A stretch of 54,562 bases of DNA from an uncultured Gemmatimonadaceae bacterium (GTDB lineage Bacteria > Gemmatimonadota > Gemmatimonadetes > Gemmatimonadales > Gemmatimonadaceae). The stretch spans positions 1 through 54,562 of the forward strand of contig CAYMQV010000003.1 of NCBI GenBank assembly GCA_964392395.1, in the 5' to 3' direction. The notes beneath the pieces were generated by a model. That model made no database searches. It worked only from the letters and a program-made list of their open reading frames with translations, and was not told the origin of the DNA. Positions 9,848-18,364 of the stretch are shown in pieces; the first letter of the stretch is position 1, and every line of letters starts with the position of its first letter. The position numbers were made by a program, and so were the translations under genes.

Positions 9848-9879
9848 TTGACAATGATCACATAAAATGCAATTATGTG
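9848..9879 (+). promoter_or_regulatory. TTGACA -35-like hexamer plus palindrome CACATAA-N7-TTATGTG (candidate TetR operator/promoter)
   Basis: TTGACA lies at 9848-9853 and AATTAT follows 17 bp downstream at 9871-9876. The palindrome arms are at 9859-9865 and 9873-9879. The site sits between the divergent TetR gene and the DUF2141/SDR genes. Confidence 0.35.
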
Positions 9880-9938
9880 TTCAGTGTTCACATCTTCTGC
9901 CGCCTCGCTGGCGGTTCCTCACTGCAACCGAGACGGCA

Positions 9939-10451
9939 ATGCCGATTCGACTCCGAGCGCTGACCGCGCCCCTGTTCCCACTGATCCTGCTGGCGGGCAT
10001 CAGTCCGCTCCACGCGCCCGGCACGTCTGGGCCGCAGCACACCGTGGCGAAGGGCCGAGCCGGAGCGCCGGCGACGTTGCCGACCGACCTCACCCTGACG
10101 GTGATCGTCACAGGGGCAGACAAACCTGGCGGGCAAATCGGCGCCGCGCTCTACGCGTCGGCGGAAGGCTTTCCGAACAAGCAGGACAAGGCAGCACAAA
10201 CGTCCGTTCGCCAGCGATCCGCGCCTGTCGACAGCTTCGTATTCAAGGGGCTGACCGCGGGCCGTTATGCGGTGTCCGTCTTTCACGACCAGAACAGCAA
10301 CACGAAACTCGACGCCAACCTCTTCGGCATGCCGAAGGAGCCGTGGGGCACAACCGGCACGGTGCGGCCGCGTATGCGCGCTCCACGATTCGAAGAAGCC
10401 GTGATCAACGTGACGACGGATACCCGGGTGGAAATCCGGGTGGAGCGCTGA
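9939..10451 (+). CDS. DUF2141-like secreted protein
   Basis: The internal ATG at 9939 gives the signal peptide MPIRLRALTAPLFPLILLAG. GQIGAALYASAEGFP, FHDQNSNTKLDANLFGMPKEPWG are typical of DUF2141. Confidence 0.8.
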   Translation: MPIRLRALTAPLFPLILLAGISPLHAPGTSGPQHTVAKGRAGAPATLPTDLTLTVIVTGADKPGGQIGAALYASAEGFPNKQDKAAQTSVRQRSAPVDSFVFKGLTAGRYAVSVFHDQNSNTKLDANLFGMPKEPWGTTGTVRPRMRAPRFEEAVINVTTDTRVEIRVER

Positions 10452-10455
10452 CGCC

Positions 10456-11421
10456 ATGGCACTCCACACGATACTCGGCGCGAATGGCGCGGTCGGACGC
10501 GAGCTGTCACGGGCGCTCGCAGAGACTGGGCACAGGTTGCGGCAGGTCAGCCGGCAGCCACGGAAGGAGACGGCAAGTGACGAAGTGGTCGTCGCCGATC
10601 TCCTCGATCCGACGAGCACCGCCGCTGCGCTCAGCGGCAGCGATGTGGCCTACCTGGTCGCCGGCATCGGATACTCGACCGAGGTGTGGCAGGCGCAATG
10701 GCCGCGCATCATGGCCAACGTCATCGACGCCTGCGCCCGCAGCAACATCTCGCTGGTGTTCTTCGACAATGTCTACGCGTACGGCGAAGTAAAGGGACCG
10801 ATGACGGAAGACACACCGTTCAATCCCTGCAGTCGGAAGGGCGAAGTTCGCGCGAGCATTGCCACCATGCTGCTCGACGCGATTCGCGCCCGCGAGGTCA
10901 ATGCAATGATCGTCCGAGCGGCCGACTTCTACCATCCGCAATTCGCTGGTGCAACGACCAGCATGCTGAATGCGATCATCTTCGATCGCCTGCGCGCATC
11001 GAAGACGCCGCAGTGGCTTGGCAACCCGGATGTACCGCACAGCTTCAGCTACACGCCGGACATCGGATGTTCGCTGGCAATGCTTGGCACGAATCCCGAC
11101 TCGTTCGGGCAGACCTGGCACGCACTGACGACGGCCGAAACGCACACGGGGCGCGAACTGGTTCGTCTGGCATGCGAGCTTGCCGGCAGACCGAGCAAAC
11201 TCCAGAACGCGCCGCGCTGGATGATCCGGGCACTCGGCCTCTTTCAGCCGCTGATGCGCGAGCAGGTGGAATTGATGTATCAGTTTGAGCGGCCATATGT
11301 GTTCAGCAGCGCCAAATTACAGAAGGCGTTCGACGTCCGGGCGACGACGTATCGGGATGCGTTCCGGCAGGTGTGGGCGCCGGCGGAAGCGAGAGCAGCG
11401 GGAAACTCTTCGGCGTCCTGA
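10456..11421 (+). CDS. NAD(P)-binding SDR / epimerase-dehydratase family protein
   Basis: N-terminal Rossmann motif ILGANGAVGRELSRAL. The gene is 4 nt downstream of the DUF2141 gene, so it is probably co-transcribed. Confidence 0.8.
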   Translation: MALHTILGANGAVGRELSRALAETGHRLRQVSRQPRKETASDEVVVADLLDPTSTAAALSGSDVAYLVAGIGYSTEVWQAQWPRIMANVIDACARSNISLVFFDNVYAYGEVKGPMTEDTPFNPCSRKGEVRASIATMLLDAIRAREVNAMIVRAADFYHPQFAGATTSMLNAIIFDRLRASKTPQWLGNPDVPHSFSYTPDIGCSLAMLGTNPDSFGQTWHALTTAETHTGRELVRLACELAGRPSKLQNAPRWMIRALGLFQPLMREQVELMYQFERPYVFSSAKLQKAFDVRATTYRDAFRQVWAPAEARAAGNSSAS

Positions 11422-11655
11422 TCGGCGACACCGCGAGATCGACGTCGAGCAGTGGTCAGTAGCGGTGATCCGCCGTAGGAAACTCGACGGTCATGATCTG
11501 CTCGATGCTCGAGACGTCCGCAATAAGACTCGCTCCGACAGGGCGATCGGCTCAGACTTGCTGTTGTTACAGAGGGGGCAGAGTCTGAAAGAAGCCACTC
11601 GAGACAGTTTCGGCGGCTATTACGGCTAGTTTCAGACGGTAGCGCCGTCTATAGT

Positions 11656-12837
11656 ATGACAATGCCAGCGCTAATCCCGCCCCTACCACCCATCAGACGG
11701 CTCAGCCCCCCACCGACGGGAAGCACCTTCCTCTTCGGCCCACGGGGCACCGGGAAGTCGACCTACGCCCAGCAGTGCTTCCCCGACGCCCTCCTGCTGG
11801 ACCTGCGCTCGGGACCCGTAGCTCGCATGCTGGCGGCCGAACCGGAGCGCCTGCACCAGTCGCTCGACGCCGTCGCAGTCGATCGGTGGGTGGTGATCGA
11901 TGAGGTGCAGCGCGTGCCGGCGATCCTCGACGCCGTGCACCAACGCATGGACCGTGAGCCGGCACGTCGCTTTCTCCTCTCCGGATCCAGCGCGCGTTCG
12001 TTGCACCGCTCCGGTGTCAATCTGCTCGGCGGACGCGCGGGGCGACGCATCATGTCGCCCTTTCTCGCGGCCGAGCTCGGCCCCGCGTTCTCGCTGCCCG
12101 TCGCCCAGCGGATCGGAATGTTGCCGGTGATCTGGACCGCCGACAGCGCGCAACAGGCGCTGGCAGACTACGCGGCGGTGGCGGTCTTCGACGAAGTGCG
12201 CGCCGAGGCCCGTGTGCGGCAGATCGACGGATTTGCGCGCGCGCTCGAGCAACTGGCCCTGTCGCACGGGAGCGTGATCAGTCCCACCGCCATTGCCCAA
12301 CTCGCGTCAGTGAAAAAAAGCACGGTCATCGACTGGATCGACGTGCTCGAGTCGATGTTTCTGATTGCGCGAGTCCCGGTGTTCGGCGCGCGACCTTCGC
12401 GCCGCGCGCTGGCGGCACAGCCCAAGCTGTATTTCGCCGACACGGGAATTGCCGCGGCCTTTCGGCCAACGGACAGCGCGCGGGTCGCCCCGGACGCGAT
12501 CGGTGCGGCCCGCGAAGGGCTGGTCTATCAGCACCTGGCGGCGTGGTGCGAAGGGCACCGGGATGCTCGCCTGTCCACGTGGCGCACCACTGGTGGCGTG
12601 GAGGTGGATTTTGTCGTGGAAACCTCCACCGGTCTGGCCGCGGTCGAGGTCAAGAGCGGTCATACGCTGCGTCCAGCCGATCGCCGCGGGCTGCTGGCGT
12701 TTCACGACGAATTCCCCGAGGCGCGATTGGTGGCGCTGACTGACGTGCCGACGAAGCAGCAGCAGGGGCCGATCACCATAGTCCCGCTCGCCGAGTTCCT
12801 GCTCGGCATCGTGCCGGGCGCGCCGCTCCCCGCGTGA
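11656..12837 (+). CDS. AAA-type ATPase with DUF4143-like C-terminal domain
   Basis: Walker A FGPRGTGKST and Walker B-like WVVIDEVQ. The C-terminal half (YQHLAAW..., VDFVVE...AVEVKSG) resembles the DUF4143 restriction-endonuclease-like module. Confidence 0.8.
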   Translation: MTMPALIPPLPPIRRLSPPPTGSTFLFGPRGTGKSTYAQQCFPDALLLDLRSGPVARMLAAEPERLHQSLDAVAVDRWVVIDEVQRVPAILDAVHQRMDREPARRFLLSGSSARSLHRSGVNLLGGRAGRRIMSPFLAAELGPAFSLPVAQRIGMLPVIWTADSAQQALADYAAVAVFDEVRAEARVRQIDGFARALEQLALSHGSVISPTAIAQLASVKKSTVIDWIDVLESMFLIARVPVFGARPSRRALAAQPKLYFADTGIAAAFRPTDSARVAPDAIGAAREGLVYQHLAAWCEGHRDARLSTWRTTGGVEVDFVVETSTGLAAVEVKSGHTLRPADRRGLLAFHDEFPEARLVALTDVPTKQQQGPITIVPLAEFLLGIVPGAPLPA

Positions 12838-12997
12838 CACGGCGTCGTGCTCACACGGCCGTCGGTCACCATCTGCAGCTGGAGATCGCGTGCGCGAGAT
12901 CGTTGACCGGCTGTCCTGCGCGCTGTCTCTCGGACAAGGTGCCATGGATCTATTTGGCAGCCACCCATAGATGCCCGGGTGACTCCCTCTGTGTTAC

Positions 12998-13237
12998 ATG
13001 CGGCGCGTCGACGTCGCGAGCGCCGAGGCGATCTACGCCGAAATGCAGTGGCGCTCCCGTACCGATGACGTCTCGCAGATGACGCTCGCTGTCGTGGCCG
13101 ACGCCATCGCACTTGCCTTCGAGTCGGTGCCGCGGAGCGACTTCACCCTGCTCTGCTGGACACGCCGCGCGTCGACGAGAGAGGCCTTTCGGCCGCACCC
13201 GCGCTACGCGGAGTTGCTGCGGGCGATGGGAGTGTAA
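12998..13237 (+). CDS. small ORF, possibly the C-terminal relic of a larger gene
   Basis: 79 codons with high third-position GC, ending ...RPHPRYAELLRAMGV. This resembles the C-terminal tails of TPR/kinase-type proteins. An in-frame stop lies 5 codons upstream of the ATG. Confidence 0.3.
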   Translation: MRRVDVASAEAIYAEMQWRSRTDDVSQMTLAVVADAIALAFESVPRSDFTLLCWTRRASTREAFRPHPRYAELLRAMGV

Positions 13238-13410
13238 CTGCACGCGATGTCGCCGTGTGGTCGCTATCCGCCGTCCGAGGGGGATCTCCAACGGTGCACA
13301 TCGTGCAATTGCTGGCTGCCGAGGCCGCCCCTGATCCGGAATCGTACGCTGCAAACAGGTCGCTCACTTCCGCCGGTCGTATGTGGCATCGTGCGAGGCA
13401 AGACGATGGT

Positions 13411-13575
13411 ACCGTTCAAAATCGCTGACCCCATGAAGGACCGAGCCCATGAACGGTTCAAAGTCTCTGACCCCATGAACGACCGACCCCATGAACGACC
13501 CCATGAACGGTTGACCCCATGAACGGTTTAAAGTCTCTGACCCCATGAAGGACGATCCCATGAAGGACCCATGAA
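13411..13575 (+). repeat. array of nine CCCATGAA cores (extended GACCCCATGAASGAC) with a nested ~70-bp duplication
   Basis: Cores start at 13430, 13446, 13472, 13488, 13500, 13516, 13542, 13557 and 13568. A longer unit ACNGTTYAAARTCKCTGACCCCATGAASGAC occurs 3 times (from 13411, 13453 and 13523). Confidence 0.9.
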
Positions 13576-13584
13576 GACCCCGGG

Positions 13585-13776
13585 TTAACTCTCCGCTGTC
13601 CCGATGTTCGTGCGTACCACTCCCGCATTTCGCCTGAGCCACGCCAGCTTGGCCCGCTTCATCGGCGACTTCCGGAACGCCGCACTGAACGTCACTTGGT
13701 TCAACGCCAGAATATCCGTCGCCAGCGTCGCCGCGTCCTTCCCCGGAATGAACTCCCGCACCTTGAAGGGTGACCG
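13585..13776 (-). pseudogene. queG: C-terminal remnant of epoxyqueuosine reductase
   Basis: The minus-strand frame reads FKVREFIPGKDAATLATDILALNQVTFSAAFRKSPMKRAKLAWLRRNAGVVRTNIGTAES-stop. This matches the conserved QueG C-terminus (F-x-x-x-F-R-x-SP-x-KRAK...RNA-x-V). An in-frame TGA sits immediately upstream at 13777-13779, so about 60 of roughly 350+ codons remain. Confidence 0.6.
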
Positions 13777-13952
13777 TCAGCCAACTCCTGCGACAACTTC
13801 ACCTTCCACTGATGCCGTTGTCCGATAGTTCCTGCGCCGGCGAGCACATAAGTCTCTGCGCCGACAGGACATACGCACGGCTGCCGTCGCGCTGTGACGC
13901 GCTCGCCTGACGCGCCAGGCCGCCCCCGTGCCCACTGACGTATCTTTCCAAG

Positions 13953-14303
13953 GTGGACATCACCCCAACGCCAGATGAGTTGCGCACGCTCGCCGCTCCC
14001 TCGTGCCCCCTGACGACGCCGCAGGAGCCCCTGCTCCCGTGGCCACCGAGCGCGCTGACAGCAGACGACTGGACGCGGATTTACGGGGAAGAGTTCGCCG
14101 ACTGGATGCGCTTGACCCCCGCGGAGCGGTTCCGGCAGTCCTGCGATCTGTGGCAGACTTTCTTCGCCCTCGGAGGGCGCCTCGATGACGACGGTATTCC
14201 CGCTGCCGATCCAAACCGTGTTATCGACGACGAAGCAACATGGCGTCCGCGCGCTGTTGATGGGCGGTCAAGCCTGCATCGTGCACGGCGCCTCGGAGTT
14301 TAG
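13953..14303 (+). CDS. small conserved hypothetical protein (116 aa)
   Basis: High GC3 up to about 14185. The motif TPAERFRQSCDLWQTFFALGG followed by an acidic/Pro tail ending DGRSSLHRARRLGV resembles a small-protein family I recall but cannot name. The last 119 nt overlap the next ORF out of frame. Confidence 0.55.
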   Translation: MDITPTPDELRTLAAPSCPLTTPQEPLLPWPPSALTADDWTRIYGEEFADWMRLTPAERFRQSCDLWQTFFALGGRLDDDGIPAADPNRVIDDEATWRPRAVDGRSSLHRARRLGV

Positions 14304-14994
14304 CCGAGACGTCGATCTCGCGATCCTCGCATCGCCTGAGAACTTCGAGCGACTCGGCGCTGCCCTTCGCGATCTGCAGGCGACGGTCATTGCGGTCCCT
14401 CCGTTTGCACCCGAGTATCTCGCGAGGGGGCATGCCGTCCACTTTCGGTGCGGAGCGGCAGGAAACATGCGACTCGACGTGATGTCCGTCATGCGTGGCG
14501 TCCCGGATTTTGACACGTGCTGGTCGCGGCGAATGATTGCGCCGCTCACCGGCGTCGGTGACGTGGATGTCCTTGGCCTTGAGGATCTGGTCAACGCGAA
14601 GAAGACGCGGCGCGACAAGGACTGGCCAATGATTCGTCGCCTCGTCGACGTGCACTACAGCACCTTCGCTGACAAGCCAACTGACGCCCGGCGCACCTTC
14701 TGGCTCCGGGAACTGCGTACACCGGACGCCTTAATCGACTGTGTGCGCCGAGACCCTCTGGCTGCGGTCGCCGCCGCGCCAGGACGTGAGGTGATTGCCG
14801 CTGCCATCACGGCTGCCGAAAACCCGCGCCAGACCGTGAGCCTGCACGCCACGCTTGCGGCCGAAGAGGACCGTGAGCGTGCGGCGGACGAGGCGTACTG
14901 GCGACCGCTCCTCAACGACCTCGAGGCGATGCGCCGCGCCGCGCATCGCCCGCCTTCCACGCGTCCGGCAGAGGACGACGGCCCAGCCATGTGA
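14185..14994 (+). CDS. nucleotidyltransferase-fold (Pol-beta superfamily-like) protein
   Basis: N-terminal LLMGGQACIVHGASEFSRDVDLAIL matches the GG-x(n)-[ST]-x-D-[VI]-D minimal nucleotidyltransferase signature. GC3 is about 80 percent by hand count in the overlap region, which supports this frame. Confidence 0.65.
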   Translation: MTTVFPLPIQTVLSTTKQHGVRALLMGGQACIVHGASEFSRDVDLAILASPENFERLGAALRDLQATVIAVPPFAPEYLARGHAVHFRCGAAGNMRLDVMSVMRGVPDFDTCWSRRMIAPLTGVGDVDVLGLEDLVNAKKTRRDKDWPMIRRLVDVHYSTFADKPTDARRTFWLRELRTPDALIDCVRRDPLAAVAAAPGREVIAAAITAAENPRQTVSLHATLAAEEDRERAADEAYWRPLLNDLEAMRRAAHRPPSTRPAEDDGPAM

Positions 14995-15435
14995 GATGCA
15001 TCCTGGCATGTCGACGACAGGGTGGACGCGTTCTCGGTGCGCAGCCTCATCACGGGAGCGCTGAACGCGGAGGTATCCAACACGCCCGAGCACCGCACCA
15101 CGGTGCGTCGTGCGGCAGTGCGTGCTGACCTGCGCCAATGGGGCGATGTGGGCGGTTGCGCTCTGCATCCTCCTCCTCGGGAGGGTTCGCGCGGCGTAGC
15201 GACTTTCGAGCAGCCCGCGCAAAGACTGTGGGGGCAACTCACGCAAAGACTTCCGGACAACGGCAGACGGACACACGCTCTGACTGGCCTGACCCCGCAT
15301 ATTGCCGCCCGCGCTGACGCACTCCATCTTGACACGGTCCCGACCCGCAGGTATCACACCCCTGAAGGAGCACGCAGTGGACGAACTCTCCGATCCAGCC
15401 GTCAAGCTCACACGGCCGATGCACGGGAGGCCGGC

Positions 15436-15948
15436 ATGACATGGTCGCCTCCCGCCATCAAGCCGATCAGCCACGAGGGTGTAGCGGCCGCGTTACAGAA
15501 AGCGCATCGCTACCGCCTGCTCAACGACTCTGTGGCAGCGGAGAGTATCTGTCTTGATGTACTCAGTGTCGAGCCGGACAACGTCGAGGCGCTCGTGATG
15601 CACGTGCTGGCGATCACAGATCAATTCAGCACCGCGCAGGCTGCGGATCGCGCGCGCGCCCGGATCGCAGTTGCGCGTCTCACCGATCCGTATCAGAGCG
15701 CGTACTACAACGGCGTCATCTGCGAGCGGTGGGCCAATGCGATGCTGCACCGCGGGGCACCAGAATCGGCCGAGATGGCGTACGACTCGATCGAGAAGGC
15801 GCTGGCGTTTTACGGCAGCGCCGAGGGTGTGCGTACGCCCGAGAACGACGAGGTGATTCTCCGCTGGAACACCTGCGTGCGCATGCTGCAGCGTGATCCA
15901 CAGCTTCGGCCGCGCGAGGCGGAGGCGTGGGAGCCGAGTCTGGAGTAG
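15436..15948 (+). CDS. helical (TPR-like) hypothetical protein
   Basis: The ORF track starts at 15022, but the upstream part is Arg-rich. The ATG at 15436 gives MTWSPPAIKPISHEGVAAALQKAHRYRLLND..., an all-helical 170-aa protein. Confidence 0.6.
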   Translation: MTWSPPAIKPISHEGVAAALQKAHRYRLLNDSVAAESICLDVLSVEPDNVEALVMHVLAITDQFSTAQAADRARARIAVARLTDPYQSAYYNGVICERWANAMLHRGAPESAEMAYDSIEKALAFYGSAEGVRTPENDEVILRWNTCVRMLQRDPQLRPREAEAWEPSLE

Positions 15949-15993
15949 GGTAGAAGCGGAGACTCCGGCAGTCGATTCCTCGCCGTCGACGCA

Positions 15994-17742
15994 CTACCGC
16001 GTTGGCGCTCCGCGCTTCTGTCCGTCCCACCCCGCACCGTACACGGCCCGACCAGGCGTGGCCCCCGTGTGCTGGTTGTTCCGCCACACAGCCGTACCGT
16101 TGACGAACACATCGCGAACGCCCACCGACAGCTGATGCGGCTTCTCGAACGTCGCCTTGTCGATCACCGTCGCGGGATCGAAGATCACGATGTCAGCAAA
16201 ACTTCCTTCCTTGAGCAGTCCGCGATCGCGCAGACCCAGGATTTGCGCGGTGGACCAGGTCATCTTCCGGACCGCATCCTCCAGCGGAAAGAGTCGTTCA
16301 TCCCGCGCGTACTTGCCGAGCACGCGCGTGAACGTGCCGTACGACCGTGGGTGCACCAGCGCGGTGGTGGTATCGGGGTCGGTGCCGCCGGCATCGCTGC
16401 CGATCACTACCCATGGCCGCGCCATCATCGCCGACACGTTCGCGTCAGACATGCCGAAGGTCACCTTGCCAAGTTTGTTCTTCTCGCCGACGATGAGTGC
16501 GATGGTGGCATCGACCCAGTCCATTTTGAGCGCCGCGGCGATCTCGTTCAATCGCTTGCCTTCGAACTGTTTCCAATCAGGCGTCTTGAAGCCTGCGATC
16601 TGATACGCGTTGGGCTGATTGTCCTGGCAGAGACTCGGTGCGCCGGGTGCAAGATCGGTCATCTCACGGCGGATCCGCGCGCGCAGTGCGGCATCCTGAA
16701 GTCGCTCGATCAGCTTGCCATCGGCGTGCACCCAACCCGGAATACACGCTGAAAGACTGTTGCCCGAGGCGGGATACGAGTACATCGTCGCCTTTACATC
16801 CTGGCCGGCGGCGCGTGCGGAATCGACCTTCGCGATCGCCGGTGCGGCGAGTGGCCAGTTGCGCTGCCCTGCGGCCTTGAAGTGGTAGATCACTACCGGC
16901 ACGCCTCCATCCTTGCCGATCCGGATCGCCTCGTCCATCGCACCCAGCAGACCGCCTTCCTCTCCGCGAATGTGAGTGATGTACGAGCCGTGCAGGGGCG
17001 CCATCACCTTGGCGATTTCGATCAACTCATCGGTGTTGGCGTAGCTACCCGGCGGATAGATGAGCGCACTGGAAATGCCGAAGGCGCCGCCACGCATCGC
17101 ATTCCGCACCACCGAGCGCATCGTGTCGAGTTGTGCCGCCGACGCCGTTCCTTCCACGCGCCCCATGGCGTACCCGCGCACCGTGGTAGCCCCGAGGTAG
17201 CTCCCGGCGTTGACGGAGATGCCGTGCTGCTCCATCGCCGCCAGCCACTGGCCGAAGCCATGCTCACCCCGGAACGTGGTCACGCGCGCCAGCATCAGCG
17301 CGTCGTCAGGGTCGCCGCCAGCGAAGAGTGAATCGACATTGGTGTTCGACGGCGCCGGCGTAGTTGCCTCGCCGAGGATCTCCGTCGTGACGCCCTGCGA
17401 CACCTTGCCGATCACACGACCGTCGGCGAAGAGCAGCGCATTCCACGAATGCGACTGAATATCGATGAAGCCGGGTGAGACGACCAATCCGCCCGCATCG
17501 ATCTTCTCCTTCGTCGCGGCACCGCTGAGCGCACCACTCGGCGCGATGGTGGCGATCCGGTCACCTCGCACGCCGATGTCTCCGTAGTAGTACGGGTTCC
17601 CGGTGCCGTCGATGATCCGGCCGTTGGTGATGACGAGATCGTAGCCCGACGCGTCGGGCGCGGCCTTGGCGCACGCGGTGGCGGTCAGCAGGCAGGCGGA
17701 CGCAAGGCGCGCGAGCCTGGTCCGAGCGAGGCGGTGTGGCAT
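15994..17742 (-). CDS. D-aminoacylase / N-acyl-D-amino-acid deacylase family amidohydrolase
   Basis: Signal/lipoprotein-like N-terminus. YDLVITNGRIIDGTGNPYYYGDIGVRGDRIA and SPGFIDIQSHS (metal-binding HxH region) are typical of the family. Confidence 0.9.
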   Translation of the reverse strand: MPHRLARTRLARLASACLLTATACAKAAPDASGYDLVITNGRIIDGTGNPYYYGDIGVRGDRIATIAPSGALSGAATKEKIDAGGLVVSPGFIDIQSHSWNALLFADGRVIGKVSQGVTTEILGEATTPAPSNTNVDSLFAGGDPDDALMLARVTTFRGEHGFGQWLAAMEQHGISVNAGSYLGATTVRGYAMGRVEGTASAAQLDTMRSVVRNAMRGGAFGISSALIYPPGSYANTDELIEIAKVMAPLHGSYITHIRGEEGGLLGAMDEAIRIGKDGGVPVVIYHFKAAGQRNWPLAAPAIAKVDSARAAGQDVKATMYSYPASGNSLSACIPGWVHADGKLIERLQDAALRARIRREMTDLAPGAPSLCQDNQPNAYQIAGFKTPDWKQFEGKRLNEIAAALKMDWVDATIALIVGEKNKLGKVTFGMSDANVSAMMARPWVVIGSDAGGTDPDTTTALVHPRSYGTFTRVLGKYARDERLFPLEDAVRKMTWSTAQILGLRDRGLLKEGSFADIVIFDPATVIDKATFEKPHQLSVGVRDVFVNGTAVWRNNQHTGATPGRAVYGAGWDGQKRGAPTR

Positions 17743-18081
17743 TGGGGCACCAGGGCGGGTGGTCCGGTGTGCTGCTGGGGCATTCTTTAGGTCAGTTTAG
17801 TCGCGGCGCACGGCTCGGTGAATGGCTGAAGAGGTTGTGGCGATCATCCGAATGTGCGGAGCAGGCGGTGTTTCGTGGCTTCGTGGGAGTCACGGGTGCC
17901 GCCTCTCGGTCCTTGTACTCCCTGACATCGCCTCGCCGGGACTATTTCGACTGGTGGGGCATGCTCGCCTCGCGAGGCAACGACCAGCCGGTTCGCAGAC
18001 GGACCGACCGCCTGACTGCGATTCCGATTGCTGGACTGCGTAGCTGTCGAACTGTCGAACTGCCTGAGTACCTGACTGCCT

Positions 18082-18268
18082 AACCAACTGCTTGACACAG
18101 AGGCGCAGAGGCGCAGAGGCACAGAGAACAACAAGATCGGAGGGGTTTTGAACCAAGCAGTTTCCATCAAGTTCGTTTCTCTGCGTCTCTGCGCCTCTGT
18201 GTCTCTGTGTGAAGCTGTTAGTTCGCTGGTTCGTTCGCTGGTTCGTTCGCTGGTCAGTTCGCTGTCGC
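18082..18268. repeat. composite hairpin element, copy 1: imperfect long inverted repeat plus 12-bp x4 tandem array
   Basis: The left arm is 18082-18128 (AACCAACTGCTTGA + CACAGAGGCGCAGAGGCGCAGAGGCACAGAGAA). A 48-nt loop follows. The right arm is 18177-18223 (TTCTCTGCGTCTCTGCGCCTCTGTGTCTCTGTGTG + AAGCTGTTAGTT). Then GTTCGCTGGTTC repeats 4 times (18221-18268, last two units degenerate). The element lies just 3' of the GxxExxY gene. Confidence 0.85.
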
Positions 18269-18364
18269 GAATACTTCGCAGTTCCATGTGGTGTGCAGTT
18301 GCTGCTAGTGTCATCAAGACGCGGTGCTCTTGCCACGCGCGCTGGTCGCTGCGTTTCACTCACA

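Noticed and set aside
13430-13575. Possible CRISPR array (regularly recurring short motif)
   Set aside because: The core is only 8-15 bp. Spacings of 11-26 bp are too short and irregular for spacers, the 'spacers' are themselves duplicated, and no cas genes are in the window.
17844-18363. 171-aa and 157-aa minus-strand ORFs running through hairpin element copy 1
   Set aside because: The translations are repeat-derived (TSERTSERTSE, HRDTEAQRRRE, SVPLRLCASV) and merely reflect the inverted repeat and the 12-bp array.
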